Below, piece after piece: positions 8,760-17,106 of a stretch of DNA of 20,000 nt. A program made the position numbers and the translations under genes. The number at the start of each line of letters is the position of its first letter. The first letter of the stretch is position 1. Below the pieces are notes generated by a model. It saw only the letters and a program-made list of their open reading frames with translations. It had not been told where the DNA came from and searched no databases. Source of the stretch: an uncultured virus (IMG/VR IMGVR_UViG_2687453479_000001) (Duplodnaviria > Heunggongvirae > Uroviricota > Caudoviricetes); IMG/VR virus record IMGVR_UViG_2687453479_000001. One strand, 5' to 3'.

Positions 8760-8794
8760 AAGAAAAAAACCCCAACTGAGAACAGTTGGGGTTT
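8760..8794 (-). terminator. Rho-independent terminator following the att fragment
   Basis: AAACCCCAACTG-TTCT-CAGTTGGGGTTT followed by a T run on the minus strand. Confidence 0.85.
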
Positions 8795-8800
8795 GGGTAT

Positions 8801-8814
8801 TGGTGGGCCGGGGG
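8801..8814 (-). other. att core: 3' fragment of a tRNA/tmRNA gene (CCCCCGGCCCACCA)
   Basis: Ends in ACCA, is followed by a terminator, and is flanked inside the island by an IHF-like site and arm-type repeats. Confidence 0.65.
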
Positions 8815-8831
8815 CTATAGAATGTTGCGTC

Positions 8832-8895
8832 TAAGCCACTGATTGATAGGAAAATTCCATATCGCGTAAAGGTCGGCTACCCGTAAAACTACCCG
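8832..8895. promoter_or_regulatory. IHF-like site and integrase arm-type direct repeats
   Basis: AATCAGTGGCTTA (minus, 8832-8844) fits WATCARNNNNTTR; CTACCCG at 8877 and 8889. Confidence 0.55.
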
Positions 8896-8898
8896 CAC

Positions 8899-9177
8899 TC
8901 ACACGGCCATGGCCCGGTACGGGTTCAGCAGGCGCTCGTAGGTCAGGCTGGCATAAAGCTGGCGGTCGGCCTGGCGCTCGCGGTTCTCGTACAGATCGCC
9001 CACTTGCAGCAGGATGGCGGCCTGGACCGGCGACGGCGTGCCGTTGCTGTCGAAGGCGTCCAGGTTCAGGTAATCCAGGGTGGCCGCTTCCGCCGCGTCG
9101 ATCATCGCCAGGATGGCTTCGTCTTCGTCGTCATGGGTGATGCGCAGGTGCGCTTTGGCTTGCTCAAGGGTAATCAC
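8899..9177 (-). CDS. Head-tail connector (HK97 gp6-like)
   Basis: ITLEQAKAHLRI...AILLQVGDLYENRE...LLNPYR. Confidence 0.92.
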   Translation of the reverse strand: MITLEQAKAHLRITHDDEDEAILAMIDAAEAATLDYLNLDAFDSNGTPSPVQAAILLQVGDLYENRERQADRQLYASLTYERLLNPYRAMAV

Positions 9178-9509
9178 GATATCTTCACTCCAGTTTCGGC
9201 CATCATGACAAGCTGACGGCGGCGGTTGTCGGGCAGAATGGCTTTCACGTCAAAGGTCACGCCGTCCAGTACTAGGCGCTTGTCCTGGCTGATTTCTATG
9301 TCGGTGCGGTAGCGCGTGATGATGCGCCAGGTGGTTTCGGCCTGCTCGGCGGCAGCTGCCAGGAACTCGCGGCCCTGGATGCCCTCGACCTTGGCCCACA
9401 TGTGGCCGATCTCCACCCACTCGTAGATCACTTCGCCGGTCACCGGGTCTTGGCTGACGTACCGATGCTCTTGGATCGACAGCCGGTGCCTCATTTCACC
9501 GCTACGCAT
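9174..9509 (-). CDS. Head closure / head-tail adaptor (SPP1 gp16-like), 111 aa
   Basis: MRSGEMRHRLSIQ...WAKVEGIQGREFLAA...IITRYR; GGAGG RBS. Confidence 0.88.
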   Translation of the reverse strand: MRSGEMRHRLSIQEHRYVSQDPVTGEVIYEWVEIGHMWAKVEGIQGREFLAAAAEQAETTWRIITRYRTDIEISQDKRLVLDGVTFDVKAILPDNRRRQLVMMAETGVKIS

Positions 9510-9647
9510 ACTTCCTCCATCGAATAGGTGCCGGTCGCGGCGCGCGTCTGCGTCCCACCGGCTGACGGGGTTTTCAAGGAGGCGCGGCACTCGCCGTCTA
9601 ATCCGCGTCCGGTCTTCCTGCTTGCGCAGCCCTCACCGGCGAAGGGT

Positions 9648-11144
9648 TTAAATGAAGAAGATTTCATCCGGGACCCCTTGGGTTTGCTCGGTTCTGGTCG
9701 CCACGCCAAAGGCCATCGCCAGTGCTTGGATGCCATCGATGCGGCCGGTCTGGCGGCTCTTGTCCAGCTTGCGGTTGCCGGCCGGGTCTTTCGTGGTCGT
9801 CGCATTGGCCGCGCACCAGGTCAGCACCGGGTGATTGCCGTGGGCCACTTCCTCGTTCAGCAGCGCTGCTTCCAGTGCATCGAGCGCGGGGGACATGTCC
9901 TTGAAGCCTTGGCCCCATTCGACTAGGGGGAAGTCCAGGCCCAGACGGTCCAGTTCACGCTTGAGCACGTCCATGCGCCAGCGATCGAAAGCAACGGCCT
10001 GTATATCCACGTCGGACAGGATCGAGGCCATATCGCTGGCTACCTGTTCGTAGTCGATAGCAGCGCTATCACAGACGCGCAGGAAGCCTTGCTGCGCCCA
10101 GGTAAGGTACGGAGCGCGGTCGCGGCGTTCGCGGTCCTGTAGGCCCTGCTTGGGCGTCCAGAAGTGCGGCTGGACGCACCACACGCCATCAACCTGGCCG
10201 ATCAGCACCAGGGCCGTCAGGTCAGTGCGTGCCGACAAATCCAAGCCGGCGAATACCGGACCATCGAAAGCCACAGGATCGGCGCTGTTGGCCTTCCATA
10301 CGTCCGGGCTGATAAAGGGGCTGTTCAGGCTCACGCGCTGGTTCAGCAGCAGGTTGCGGGCCGTGTTCGCCATGCTGGGCATGCGGGCGGCCTGTTGCAT
10401 CTGTTCGCGCAGGTCGGCCAGACTGCGGAACGTGCCCAGGGCCGGGTTGGCAGCCCTCCAGGCGGCCTCGTCCAACAGTTCGCAATCTTTCGGCGCTTCG
10501 TACACTCGGCACACTGTGCGCGGGTCGTTGCTGGTCTTGGCATCGTCAATCCAGGTGCTCAGCAGATCTGCATCGCTCGCCGCTTGCGTGCTGATGGCAA
10601 TCAGCAGCGGCGCTTCGTGTGCCCCCTGGCTGGTGGTGATGGCGTCCACGAAGTCGGACTGCGGGCCGCGAACTTGGCCGATCTCGTCCAGGATTGCCAG
10701 CACCGGTGACAGGCCGTGCGCCGTTCTGCCGTCAGCGGCCAGGGCGCGGTATTCCACGTTCAGCGGCAAGCCAATCAGACGTTTGCCGCTGGGGATGATC
10801 CGCACCAAGTCAACCAGGCGCGGGGACTGCTGGACCATCTTGGCCGCCAGGTTGAATACTAGGCTGGCTTGATCTCGTGACATGGCGCCGCTGACGATCT
10901 GGCTGTTCTGGCGGGCTTCCGGGCCTACCAGGTGCGCCAGCAATAGGCCGGCAATCAATCCGGTCTTACCGTTCTTGCGGGCAATCGACAGGATGGCACG
11001 GCGCGTACCGGCCGGGTTGTCGTAGGTGTCGCGGATGAAGTCCTTCTGAAAATTAGCCAAGCGCAGAGGCTGGCCCACCAGCGCACCTTCAGGCACGCGG
11101 CAGTAGCTCTCCACGAAGCGGATGATCTTCTCGGCGCGGGTCAT
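9648..11144 (-). CDS. terL: Terminase large subunit (HK97-like)
   Basis: ARKNGKT Walker A, AILDE Walker B, GLDLS, FDRW, RIDG nuclease motifs. Confidence 0.95.
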   Translation of the reverse strand: MTRAEKIIRFVESYCRVPEGALVGQPLRLANFQKDFIRDTYDNPAGTRRAILSIARKNGKTGLIAGLLLAHLVGPEARQNSQIVSGAMSRDQASLVFNLAAKMVQQSPRLVDLVRIIPSGKRLIGLPLNVEYRALAADGRTAHGLSPVLAILDEIGQVRGPQSDFVDAITTSQGAHEAPLLIAISTQAASDADLLSTWIDDAKTSNDPRTVCRVYEAPKDCELLDEAAWRAANPALGTFRSLADLREQMQQAARMPSMANTARNLLLNQRVSLNSPFISPDVWKANSADPVAFDGPVFAGLDLSARTDLTALVLIGQVDGVWCVQPHFWTPKQGLQDRERRDRAPYLTWAQQGFLRVCDSAAIDYEQVASDMASILSDVDIQAVAFDRWRMDVLKRELDRLGLDFPLVEWGQGFKDMSPALDALEAALLNEEVAHGNHPVLTWCAANATTTKDPAGNRKLDKSRQTGRIDGIQALAMAFGVATRTEQTQGVPDEIFFI

Positions 11145-11599
11145 TGCAAGGTCGCCATCGTCGGAATCAGGTCATCATCGGGGCGCTGGCGGGCCTGCCG
11201 TTCAAGCTCCAGCGCCTTGCCCTGATTCTGACTGCGGCCGGTCGTGGCTTCAGCGTGAACATGCAAGGCGCGGGCCATCGACACCACGCGGCGCGCCAGC
11301 GTCTCGGCCAGTTTGTGCTTGGGGTTCAGCCTGCCTTCGATCACGTCGCCCTCGATGTCCAACTCGCCTTGCAGGCGCTCCAGCGTGGCTTGGTCGCGGG
11401 CCATGACGGCAGCCAGCGCCAGGTCGGCATCGTTCCACCGATCACGCGGACGGTTCAACACGATGGCATTCCAGAACGGCTTGGCGGCATCGGGAAGCGC
11501 GACATGCGCAGGAGGCAGCAGCGGACCAAGCGCAGCATTCTGCGTAGCCTGTACAGCAGCCTTGGCGCTATCAGAGCGGGTGTGTCTGTCGGTTTTCAT
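11141..11599 (-). CDS. terS: Probable terminase small subunit
   Basis: Size and position, coupled to terL; PPAHVALPDAAKPFW and LNPKH motifs resemble P27-type TerS. Confidence 0.75.
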   Translation of the reverse strand: MKTDRHTRSDSAKAAVQATQNAALGPLLPPAHVALPDAAKPFWNAIVLNRPRDRWNDADLALAAVMARDQATLERLQGELDIEGDVIEGRLNPKHKLAETLARRVVSMARALHVHAEATTGRSQNQGKALELERQARQRPDDDLIPTMATLQ

Positions 11600-11652
11600 G
11601 ATGTGAAATATCTGCCCTTAGCGATAAAGGAAAGCTGGGGGCGCGGTCTTTA
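11600..11652. other. Candidate cos site
   Basis: HNH-terS spacer, the usual cos position in HK97-like elements; GC core GACCGCGCCCCC followed by a T-rich run on the minus strand. Confidence 0.45.
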
Positions 11653-12087
11653 GCCATCAGCTTCCAGTGAGTTCCGTTGGCGTCCTTCAACGTTCCAGGG
11701 ATGGTCAGGGTCAAGCGGCATGCCGTTCACGTCGCAGCCCATGTACACGCTCTTGCCGTGGTCGCGTGCGGTCTTGATCGAATGGCACGAATGACACAGG
11801 CTGGCCAGGTTCGCCATGCTGTTGTCGCTGGGGTCACCGTTCACATGGTCAACATCGGTGGCCTGGACGACCAAGCCGCGCTCTGCGCAGTGCTCACACA
11901 AGGGGGACTCCGCCAGGATGTAGGCTCGCAGCTTGCGCCAAGCGCTGCTGTTCAGCGGTATGGCGCGGCGTGGGTCGGCGTTGCGTCCGCTCGGTCGGGC
12001 CTTCTTGCTGCCCAAGGTCCGGATGCCTTTTTCTTCCAGGATGGTGCTCATGGTGCGGATGCGCGGTTCAAGGCGACGTAGCTTCAT
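11650..12087 (-). CDS. HNH endonuclease (HK97 gp74-like terminase cofactor), 145 aa
   Basis: PLCEHC...DVDHVNG...NLASLCHSCHSIKT; ATGA overlap with the portal stop. Confidence 0.92.
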   Translation of the reverse strand: MKLRRLEPRIRTMSTILEEKGIRTLGSKKARPSGRNADPRRAIPLNSSAWRKLRAYILAESPLCEHCAERGLVVQATDVDHVNGDPSDNSMANLASLCHSCHSIKTARDHGKSVYMGCDVNGMPLDPDHPWNVEGRQRNSLEADG

Positions 12088-13298
12088 TCTCCGCGCTCCT
12101 TGCTCGGATAGGGTTGTGTGGGTGTGATCGGGGCCTGGCCTTGCGTCGGGGTATCGTCCAGGCCCTCGATGGGCGGCAGGTTTTCCAGTTCGCGGGCCTC
12201 GCTCTTGCGCATCCATCCGGCCTGTATGCCGCTGGCGTAGAAGGCGGCGCGGGTAGTGCTGTCGCCACGCAGCAGACCTTCTACCGAATGTTCAGCAAAG
12301 TAGGTCCGGCGTCCGGCTTCGGTCAGGCACTTGGTGCTGATGGCCTGTTCCCACATGGTCAGCCAGCGGCGCAAGGTCAGCGTCACGAACTGCCGGTTCA
12401 GTTCCACGCTGTTGGAGTAGTTCGCGGCCTCCATCGCACCGATGATGGTGGGAGGCACGCGGAAAAGGCGGGCCACCTCGGCCACGTTGAACTTGCGCGC
12501 CTCGATCCACTCGGCGTCTTCCAGACTCATGCTGATGGGCTTGTAGGTCAGGCCAGCTTCCAGCACGGGCGTCTTGCCACTGTTGCCAGCGCCGCCGTAC
12601 TGATTCGCCCAGGACTGCTTCAGCGCCTCACGTTGTTCAGGCTTGAGCACCGCCGCTGTCTCCAGCACGCCGGCCAGCTTGGCACCATGGCGGAAGGTAG
12701 CCGTGCCGTGCTCCTGCTCGGATTGGGCAAGCTCGATCACGCCCCGCGCCACGGCAATGGGCGACAAGCCCAGCACGCCGTCAGGGCCGATACGATGGCG
12801 CAGGTGTAGGCATTCGTCGGCCAGCAGGCGGATGACCGCGCCATGCCGGTCGGTGTACTCGTAAGCCAGCTTGCCGTTGGCAAGGCGCAGCACCTGGACA
12901 TTCGACAATGGCCACAGTTCGCGCACCTGGCCATCGCTGCCGCGCACGATGCGGGCAAAGGCGTTGCCGGTCAGCAGCACCGATGCCGTCATCATCTCGC
13001 GGAACTCCATCGCGGTCTGCTCGGGGTTCGGCTGGTCTTGCAGCACCTTGTACAGCGGGTGATTGCGGGCCTTCTCGCGGCTTGCGCCGGTGTCGCGGTA
13101 CAGGTGCAGCGGCAAGGTGCTGACGGTCTCTGCAATGGCCGACACACACGCGAAAACGGCGCTTACGCCTTGCGCCGTCTGTGCGTTCACCGGGCCGGTG
13201 CGCAGGGCCGCGAAGTCCTGCCAATAGCTGTCACCGCCTGGCGCTTGATTCGTGCTGCGGCGCTCGTAGCCCAGGCGGTTCATGATTCGGCTCAGCAT
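12084..13298 (-). CDS. Portal protein, HK97 family
   Basis: AVFACVSAIAETV, LLTGNAF, GLSPI, VARLFRVPP, EARELENLPP. Confidence 0.95.
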   Translation of the reverse strand: MLSRIMNRLGYERRSTNQAPGGDSYWQDFAALRTGPVNAQTAQGVSAVFACVSAIAETVSTLPLHLYRDTGASREKARNHPLYKVLQDQPNPEQTAMEFREMMTASVLLTGNAFARIVRGSDGQVRELWPLSNVQVLRLANGKLAYEYTDRHGAVIRLLADECLHLRHRIGPDGVLGLSPIAVARGVIELAQSEQEHGTATFRHGAKLAGVLETAAVLKPEQREALKQSWANQYGGAGNSGKTPVLEAGLTYKPISMSLEDAEWIEARKFNVAEVARLFRVPPTIIGAMEAANYSNSVELNRQFVTLTLRRWLTMWEQAISTKCLTEAGRRTYFAEHSVEGLLRGDSTTRAAFYASGIQAGWMRKSEARELENLPPIEGLDDTPTQGQAPITPTQPYPSKERGE

Positions 13299-13837
13299 CG
13301 CACAGTCTCCAGCCAGCGGCGGGCATTCAGGAAGAACATCTGCGGCTCACGCGGGCGGCTGCGCAGGGCCACGCTTGTATCCTGATAGGCAGGGTCATGG
13401 GTCAGCGTGATCTCGGCCAGGTCCACATCCAGCAGTTCGCGCACGAAGGTGCCATCGCCTCGATCTTCCCAGCGGTCGCCACCAGCGTTCACGCGAAAGC
13501 CGAAAGAACAGCCGGACACGTCGCCACGGTCAACCAGTACGGCCAGGTCGCGGCCATGCGTGGTATCAGGCAGGGCAAGATCAAAAGCCAGGCCATGGTC
13601 ATCCTCACGAAGTTGAAGCGTGCCGCCTCGGGTCGTACCCAGCAGCGCATCGCCTTGATGGTGGTACAAGGCGCGGATGTTGGTGCCAGCCGCGAGCGCC
13701 TTTTGGAATGCGCCGGGCCGGATGATCTCGATAAAGCCGCCCAGGTTCGCTTCGCTGTTGAAGCGGGCGGCGTATCCGGTCAGGCGGCCAGGCGAAGCGG
13801 CACGCAAGGTGCCGGATGCGCGAATCTCCAGTGCCAT
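13292..13837 (-). CDS. HK97 family prohead protease
   Basis: GYAARFNS, EIIRPGAF, LYHH, GCSFGF, EITLTHDPAY. Confidence 0.95.
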   Translation of the reverse strand: MALEIRASGTLRAASPGRLTGYAARFNSEANLGGFIEIIRPGAFQKALAAGTNIRALYHHQGDALLGTTRGGTLQLREDDHGLAFDLALPDTTHGRDLAVLVDRGDVSGCSFGFRVNAGGDRWEDRGDGTFVRELLDVDLAEITLTHDPAYQDTSVALRSRPREPQMFFLNARRWLETVRC

Positions 13838-13852
13838 GCGTGCCGCTCCCGA

Positions 13853-15061
13853 TCAGGCCGTCAGGTCGTTGGCGATCACGAAGGCTTGTTCATGGCGGCA
13901 AGCCGTGCCCACCGTCGCCATCGCTCGCACCTGGACACCGCCGCGGCTGTATGCCGGTTCGGCATAGGGATTGACCAGGATGTCCAACTCGGACCAGACG
14001 CCCAGCAGGATTTGCGAGAAGTCGCCCAGGATGACAGGCTCGCCGTTACTGTCGCCTTCCAGGCTGCGGGTGACGTACAGGGGGCGATCCGCCATCGCGC
14101 CGCCTTCCAGCAGGTAGCCAGGCAGGCCCGCTTCCTTCAGCGTCGATGCCAGGATCGTCTTGCCGGTGCCGGTAGTCAGCCACGCACCGCCGAAGATTTC
14201 TTCGTCTTCCAGCTTCTGCGCGAAGGCCAGGACGTTGGCCCAGGTCAGGCTCGACAGGCTTCCAGTCTGCGCGCCAGCGAAGTTCAGCACGCCCAGCGGT
14301 TCATTGTTGGTGCCGGTGCCGGCGATGATGGCGCGGTCGATCTGCTTGGCGATCAGGAAAGCCAAGTCATCGCGTACAAGCTGCTCGATTTCGGGGCTGG
14401 ACTGCTGGATCAGTTGGCGGGACATTTCGGTCTTTCCGCCCACATGCTTGGGCTCCAGGCCCACCGAGTCGAAGGCCATTTCCCCTTCAGGCACCGCGCC
14501 CCCTTCAGCCACCCAGCCGGTTTCCAGGCCGCTGCCGTACTTCGGGATGGACAGATTGCCGCGCAGTCCAGTCAGCACACGCACGCCCAGGCGGCGGGCG
14601 ATTAGGGCCTCACGCAGCGGGCCGATGTACAGATCGGCGCGGTGAACGGTCGGCACGATCTCCGATGCGCTGGTCGTGGTGTTGGCACGGGTTTCCAGCA
14701 GCGAAAGGGGAACGAAAGCGCCTTGCGCCTTGCGTCCGGTGCGACGTTCGGCTTCCTGGCTGTACTCGGCGGCGGCGCCGCTCAGGGTACGGCCCTCCAT
14801 CTGGCTGCGCAGCACGTCCAGCAGGGACACGCGCTTTTCCAGGTCGGCCAGGCCGTCGCCGCCGTTGACAGGCTCGCCGGCGGCGCGGCGCTCCATGTCG
14901 TCGATGAATTGCTGGCGGTGTTCGGCGGCTTCCAGGTCGGTGATCTCGGCCTTCAGCTTGTCGAAGGCAGTTTGCTTCTCGGCGGTCATGTCGCCGGCTA
15001 GCAGGGCGCGGGCTTCGGCCACCTTGGCGGCGCGGGCCTCGCGGATTTCGTGAAGTTTCAT
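13853..15061 (-). CDS. Major capsid protein, HK97 fold with N-terminal delta domain
   Basis: Coiled-coil N-terminus, WVAEG, SRQLIQQS, IDRAIIAGTG, ILGDFS. Confidence 0.93.
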   Translation of the reverse strand: MKLHEIREARAAKVAEARALLAGDMTAEKQTAFDKLKAEITDLEAAEHRQQFIDDMERRAAGEPVNGGDGLADLEKRVSLLDVLRSQMEGRTLSGAAAEYSQEAERRTGRKAQGAFVPLSLLETRANTTTSASEIVPTVHRADLYIGPLREALIARRLGVRVLTGLRGNLSIPKYGSGLETGWVAEGGAVPEGEMAFDSVGLEPKHVGGKTEMSRQLIQQSSPEIEQLVRDDLAFLIAKQIDRAIIAGTGTNNEPLGVLNFAGAQTGSLSSLTWANVLAFAQKLEDEEIFGGAWLTTGTGKTILASTLKEAGLPGYLLEGGAMADRPLYVTRSLEGDSNGEPVILGDFSQILLGVWSELDILVNPYAEPAYSRGGVQVRAMATVGTACRHEQAFVIANDLTA

Positions 15062-15085
15062 GGTGGGTTCCTATAGGAAGAAGTG

Positions 15086-15101
15086 CTGTATTTCCATACA
15101 G
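15086..15101. promoter_or_regulatory. LexA (SOS) box upstream of the capsid operon
   Basis: CTGTATTTCCATACAG = CTGT-N8-ACAG with 6-bp perfect arms; directly downstream of candidate promoter TTGCAC-N17-TATTTC (15130-15102). Confidence 0.75.
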
Positions 15102-15238
15102 GAAATAGCATTCCTACAGGGACCGTGCAATATGCCTAATTGAATGAAAACGGCAGTGGATTTTGGTGGACGATGAATATTTTCTAGCGTTGGATTTCGG
15201 CGACGAACAGAAGACTGTTTGTCGATGGCCGCCAGTCG

Positions 15239-15314
15239 CCGAAGGTGCTCAAACTTTCCCGAAGGTGCTCAGTTATTTTGTTGAGCACCTTCGGCGTTTT
15301 TTGAGCACCTTCGG
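15239..15314. repeat. Four 13-bp iterons, putative replication origin
   Basis: CCGAAGGTGCTCA at 15239 and 15259; inverted TGAGCACCTTCGG at 15282 and 15302; AT-richer flank. Confidence 0.85.
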
Positions 15315-15319
15315 GAGAA

Positions 15320-16471
15320 TCAGGGCAAGCGCCATATCCAGCGCTGCTTGCTGCCGCTGCCCGGCTGGCCTTCCTTGATCGCTTGCGCGTTGATTTCTTT
15401 CTGGGCGCGCCGGATGGTCGCCCACGAGTATCCGGCGTCCGTTGCGTCGGCTCGGATTGCCTTGACCGGCACAGGGCCATCGGACAGCAGATCACGCAGA
15501 AACTGCACAGCATCGGCCAGATCGGATGCGCCGCCTTCGGGTTGGTGCTCTACCGTGCCCAAGATTTCACGGGCGCTGCCCTCGATCCTTCCGCCCCACA
15601 AGACGCGGGTAGTTTCGATGCCACTATCGAGAATGTACGACTCGACGGTGTAGGACACGCCCCCATCGTCCAGTGCCAGATTGTTCTTGGCACGCGCCAG
15701 GACTCTGATGTTTTCTTCCTCCTTCTTGGCTGCCATCAGAACTGTGCGCGCCAAGGCACCGAATGCTTGGGAACCTATGACGCGATCCTGGGGCTTTGTC
15801 CCGTCCGACCCCTTGCGAAGATGGCTGATTCCGATGACTGCACAACCCTGTGCTTCGGCAAGATCGACCAAGGGCTGAAGTGCCCGGCGCACATCGTTGC
15901 TGCGGTGCATGTCGCCTGCCACGGCGGATACGATAGGGTCCACGATCAGCAAGGACGCGCCCCCGATCTGCGCCACAGCGTCAATCAACCCTGGCGTATC
16001 CGTCGCGGGATCAAAGGGCTGCGTCTTCCCTTGTGTGTCGATCAGCCCATCAATAAAGAAAACGCGCGAACATTCTGCCCCGCAAGCTGCAAGGCGCGGC
16101 TTGAGCGTATCAGCCGCATCGTCTTCGCCGGACCAGATCAAGACGTTGCCTACGTCCCGGTGCGGCGCGCCATCCGGCCAATAACCGCCGGCAGTTACTG
16201 TGGCGGCCAGGCCCAAGGCGAGGGTGGTTTTGCCGCAGCCTGCGTCGCCGGCCAAGATGGTCAGCTTGCCGCGTGCAAGCCAGCCAGGCCAAAGCCACTC
16301 AACCGATTTCTCGATCACGTCGGTGGCCTGGGTCAGCTTTACATTGGATCGTTTCCCTTCGCCATGCGGTATCTGGAAATACGCATCAATCGGCGGCAAT
16401 GGTTCCTGGGGCGGCAGGGTGGCGTCAATTCTGGCTTGTGCCTGCTCCAGCAGGGTCATGCTATCGGACAT
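15320..16471 (-). CDS. AAA_25/RepA-like replicative helicase with probable C-terminal winged helix
   Basis: VEWLWPGWLARGKLTILAGDAGCGKTT, WSGED, LLIVDPI, ISHLRK, GSQAF. Confidence 0.88.
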   Translation of the reverse strand: MSDSMTLLEQAQARIDATLPPQEPLPPIDAYFQIPHGEGKRSNVKLTQATDVIEKSVEWLWPGWLARGKLTILAGDAGCGKTTLALGLAATVTAGGYWPDGAPHRDVGNVLIWSGEDDAADTLKPRLAACGAECSRVFFIDGLIDTQGKTQPFDPATDTPGLIDAVAQIGGASLLIVDPIVSAVAGDMHRSNDVRRALQPLVDLAEAQGCAVIGISHLRKGSDGTKPQDRVIGSQAFGALARTVLMAAKKEEENIRVLARAKNNLALDDGGVSYTVESYILDSGIETTRVLWGGRIEGSAREILGTVEHQPEGGASDLADAVQFLRDLLSDGPVPVKAIRADATDAGYSWATIRRAQKEINAQAIKEGQPGSGSKQRWIWRLP

Positions 16472-16886
16472 GGCACACCTCCAGCGCGTGATTGATGCGG
16501 CCCGCTGCCACCATCAGGCGGGATCGGTCGCTGTCGGTAAGGACCACACCTTGGGCCAGATTGCCGGCAGCAACCGCCGCCAGCGTAGCCTCGAAGCCAA
16601 TGCAGCGCAGCGCATCGGCGTAACTGAAGGGCATGCGTTCACGCCGGGTCTTATCTATCGGCGCAGGCTTCTCCGGATACAGGTCTCGGCTACCCAGGCC
16701 GATGGCACCCAGCACTTCGCCAATGCCGCATCCGGCAAAGCAGTGCATCAGCACCGTGCCATCCTCTTTTTCTCGGACGGCAAGGGACGGATGTTTGTCG
16801 CCGTGGGCCGGGCAACGGGCCACCCATCGGTCAGTGCCCGTTCGGCGCACGCCTTCCAGGCGATTCAGGATGGTATCTATGCTCAA
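16461..16886 (-). CDS. Primase-type zinc-binding domain protein, about 141 aa
   Basis: CPAHGDKHPSL...HCFAGC; TTG start with AGGGG RBS. Confidence 0.8.
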   Translation of the reverse strand: MSIDTILNRLEGVRRTGTDRWVARCPAHGDKHPSLAVREKEDGTVLMHCFAGCGIGEVLGAIGLGSRDLYPEKPAPIDKTRRERMPFSYADALRCIGFEATLAAVAAGNLAQGVVLTDSDRSRLMVAAGRINHALEVCHVR

Positions 16887-16899
16887 TTGCCGTCCCCTG

Positions 16900-17106
16900 T
16901 TACGCGGTGACGGCGCGGGCAGCCTGGACACGCTCGGCGATCCAGTTATCAATGTCTCGTTCCAGCCAGCCGACAGCACGCATGCCCATCGGCAGGCTTT
17001 GGGGGAAATTGCCCAAGGCCATGTGCTTGTAGATTGAGCTGCGGCCCAAGCCGGTTTTGCGCTGGACTTCGGGCAGGCGGATGATGCGGGAATTCGTAGC
17101 GTCCAT
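16900..17106 (-). CDS. alpA: AlpA family regulator, 68 aa
   Basis: IIRLPEVQRKTGLGRSSIY...FPQSLPMGMRAVGWLERDIDNWI; GGAGG RBS. Confidence 0.93.
   Translation of the reverse strand: MDATNSRIIRLPEVQRKTGLGRSSIYKHMALGNFPQSLPMGMRAVGWLERDIDNWIAERVQAARAVTA

Larger units (their letters stand above)
1..8800. mobile_element. End of a prophage-like integrative element (serine recombinase, replication/recombination genes, TA module); continues left of the window
   Basis: Clustered helicase, SSB-like, AAA ATPase and HTH genes plus a large serine recombinase and TA pair; bounded on the right by a terminator and an att-like fragment. Confidence 0.75.

Noticed and set aside
8760..8830. Complete tRNA gene
   Set aside because: Only about 14 nt of an acceptor-end-like sequence; no T, anticodon or D arms
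11650..12087. HNH as a homing or defence nuclease
   Set aside because: Position next to terS and its size match a gp74-like packaging cofactor
8899..15061. Complete prophage or gene transfer agent
   Set aside because: No tail, tape-measure or lysis genes before the att-like boundary; int/alpA/rep context fits a satellite
15239..15314. Repeats as a mini-CRISPR array
   Set aside because: 13-bp units with 7-10 bp gaps, mixed orientation, no cas genes
15163..15513. Small ORFs across the origin (15163-15378 +, 15184-15513 -)
   Set aside because: They overlap the iterons and the helicase end and show no recognisable motif
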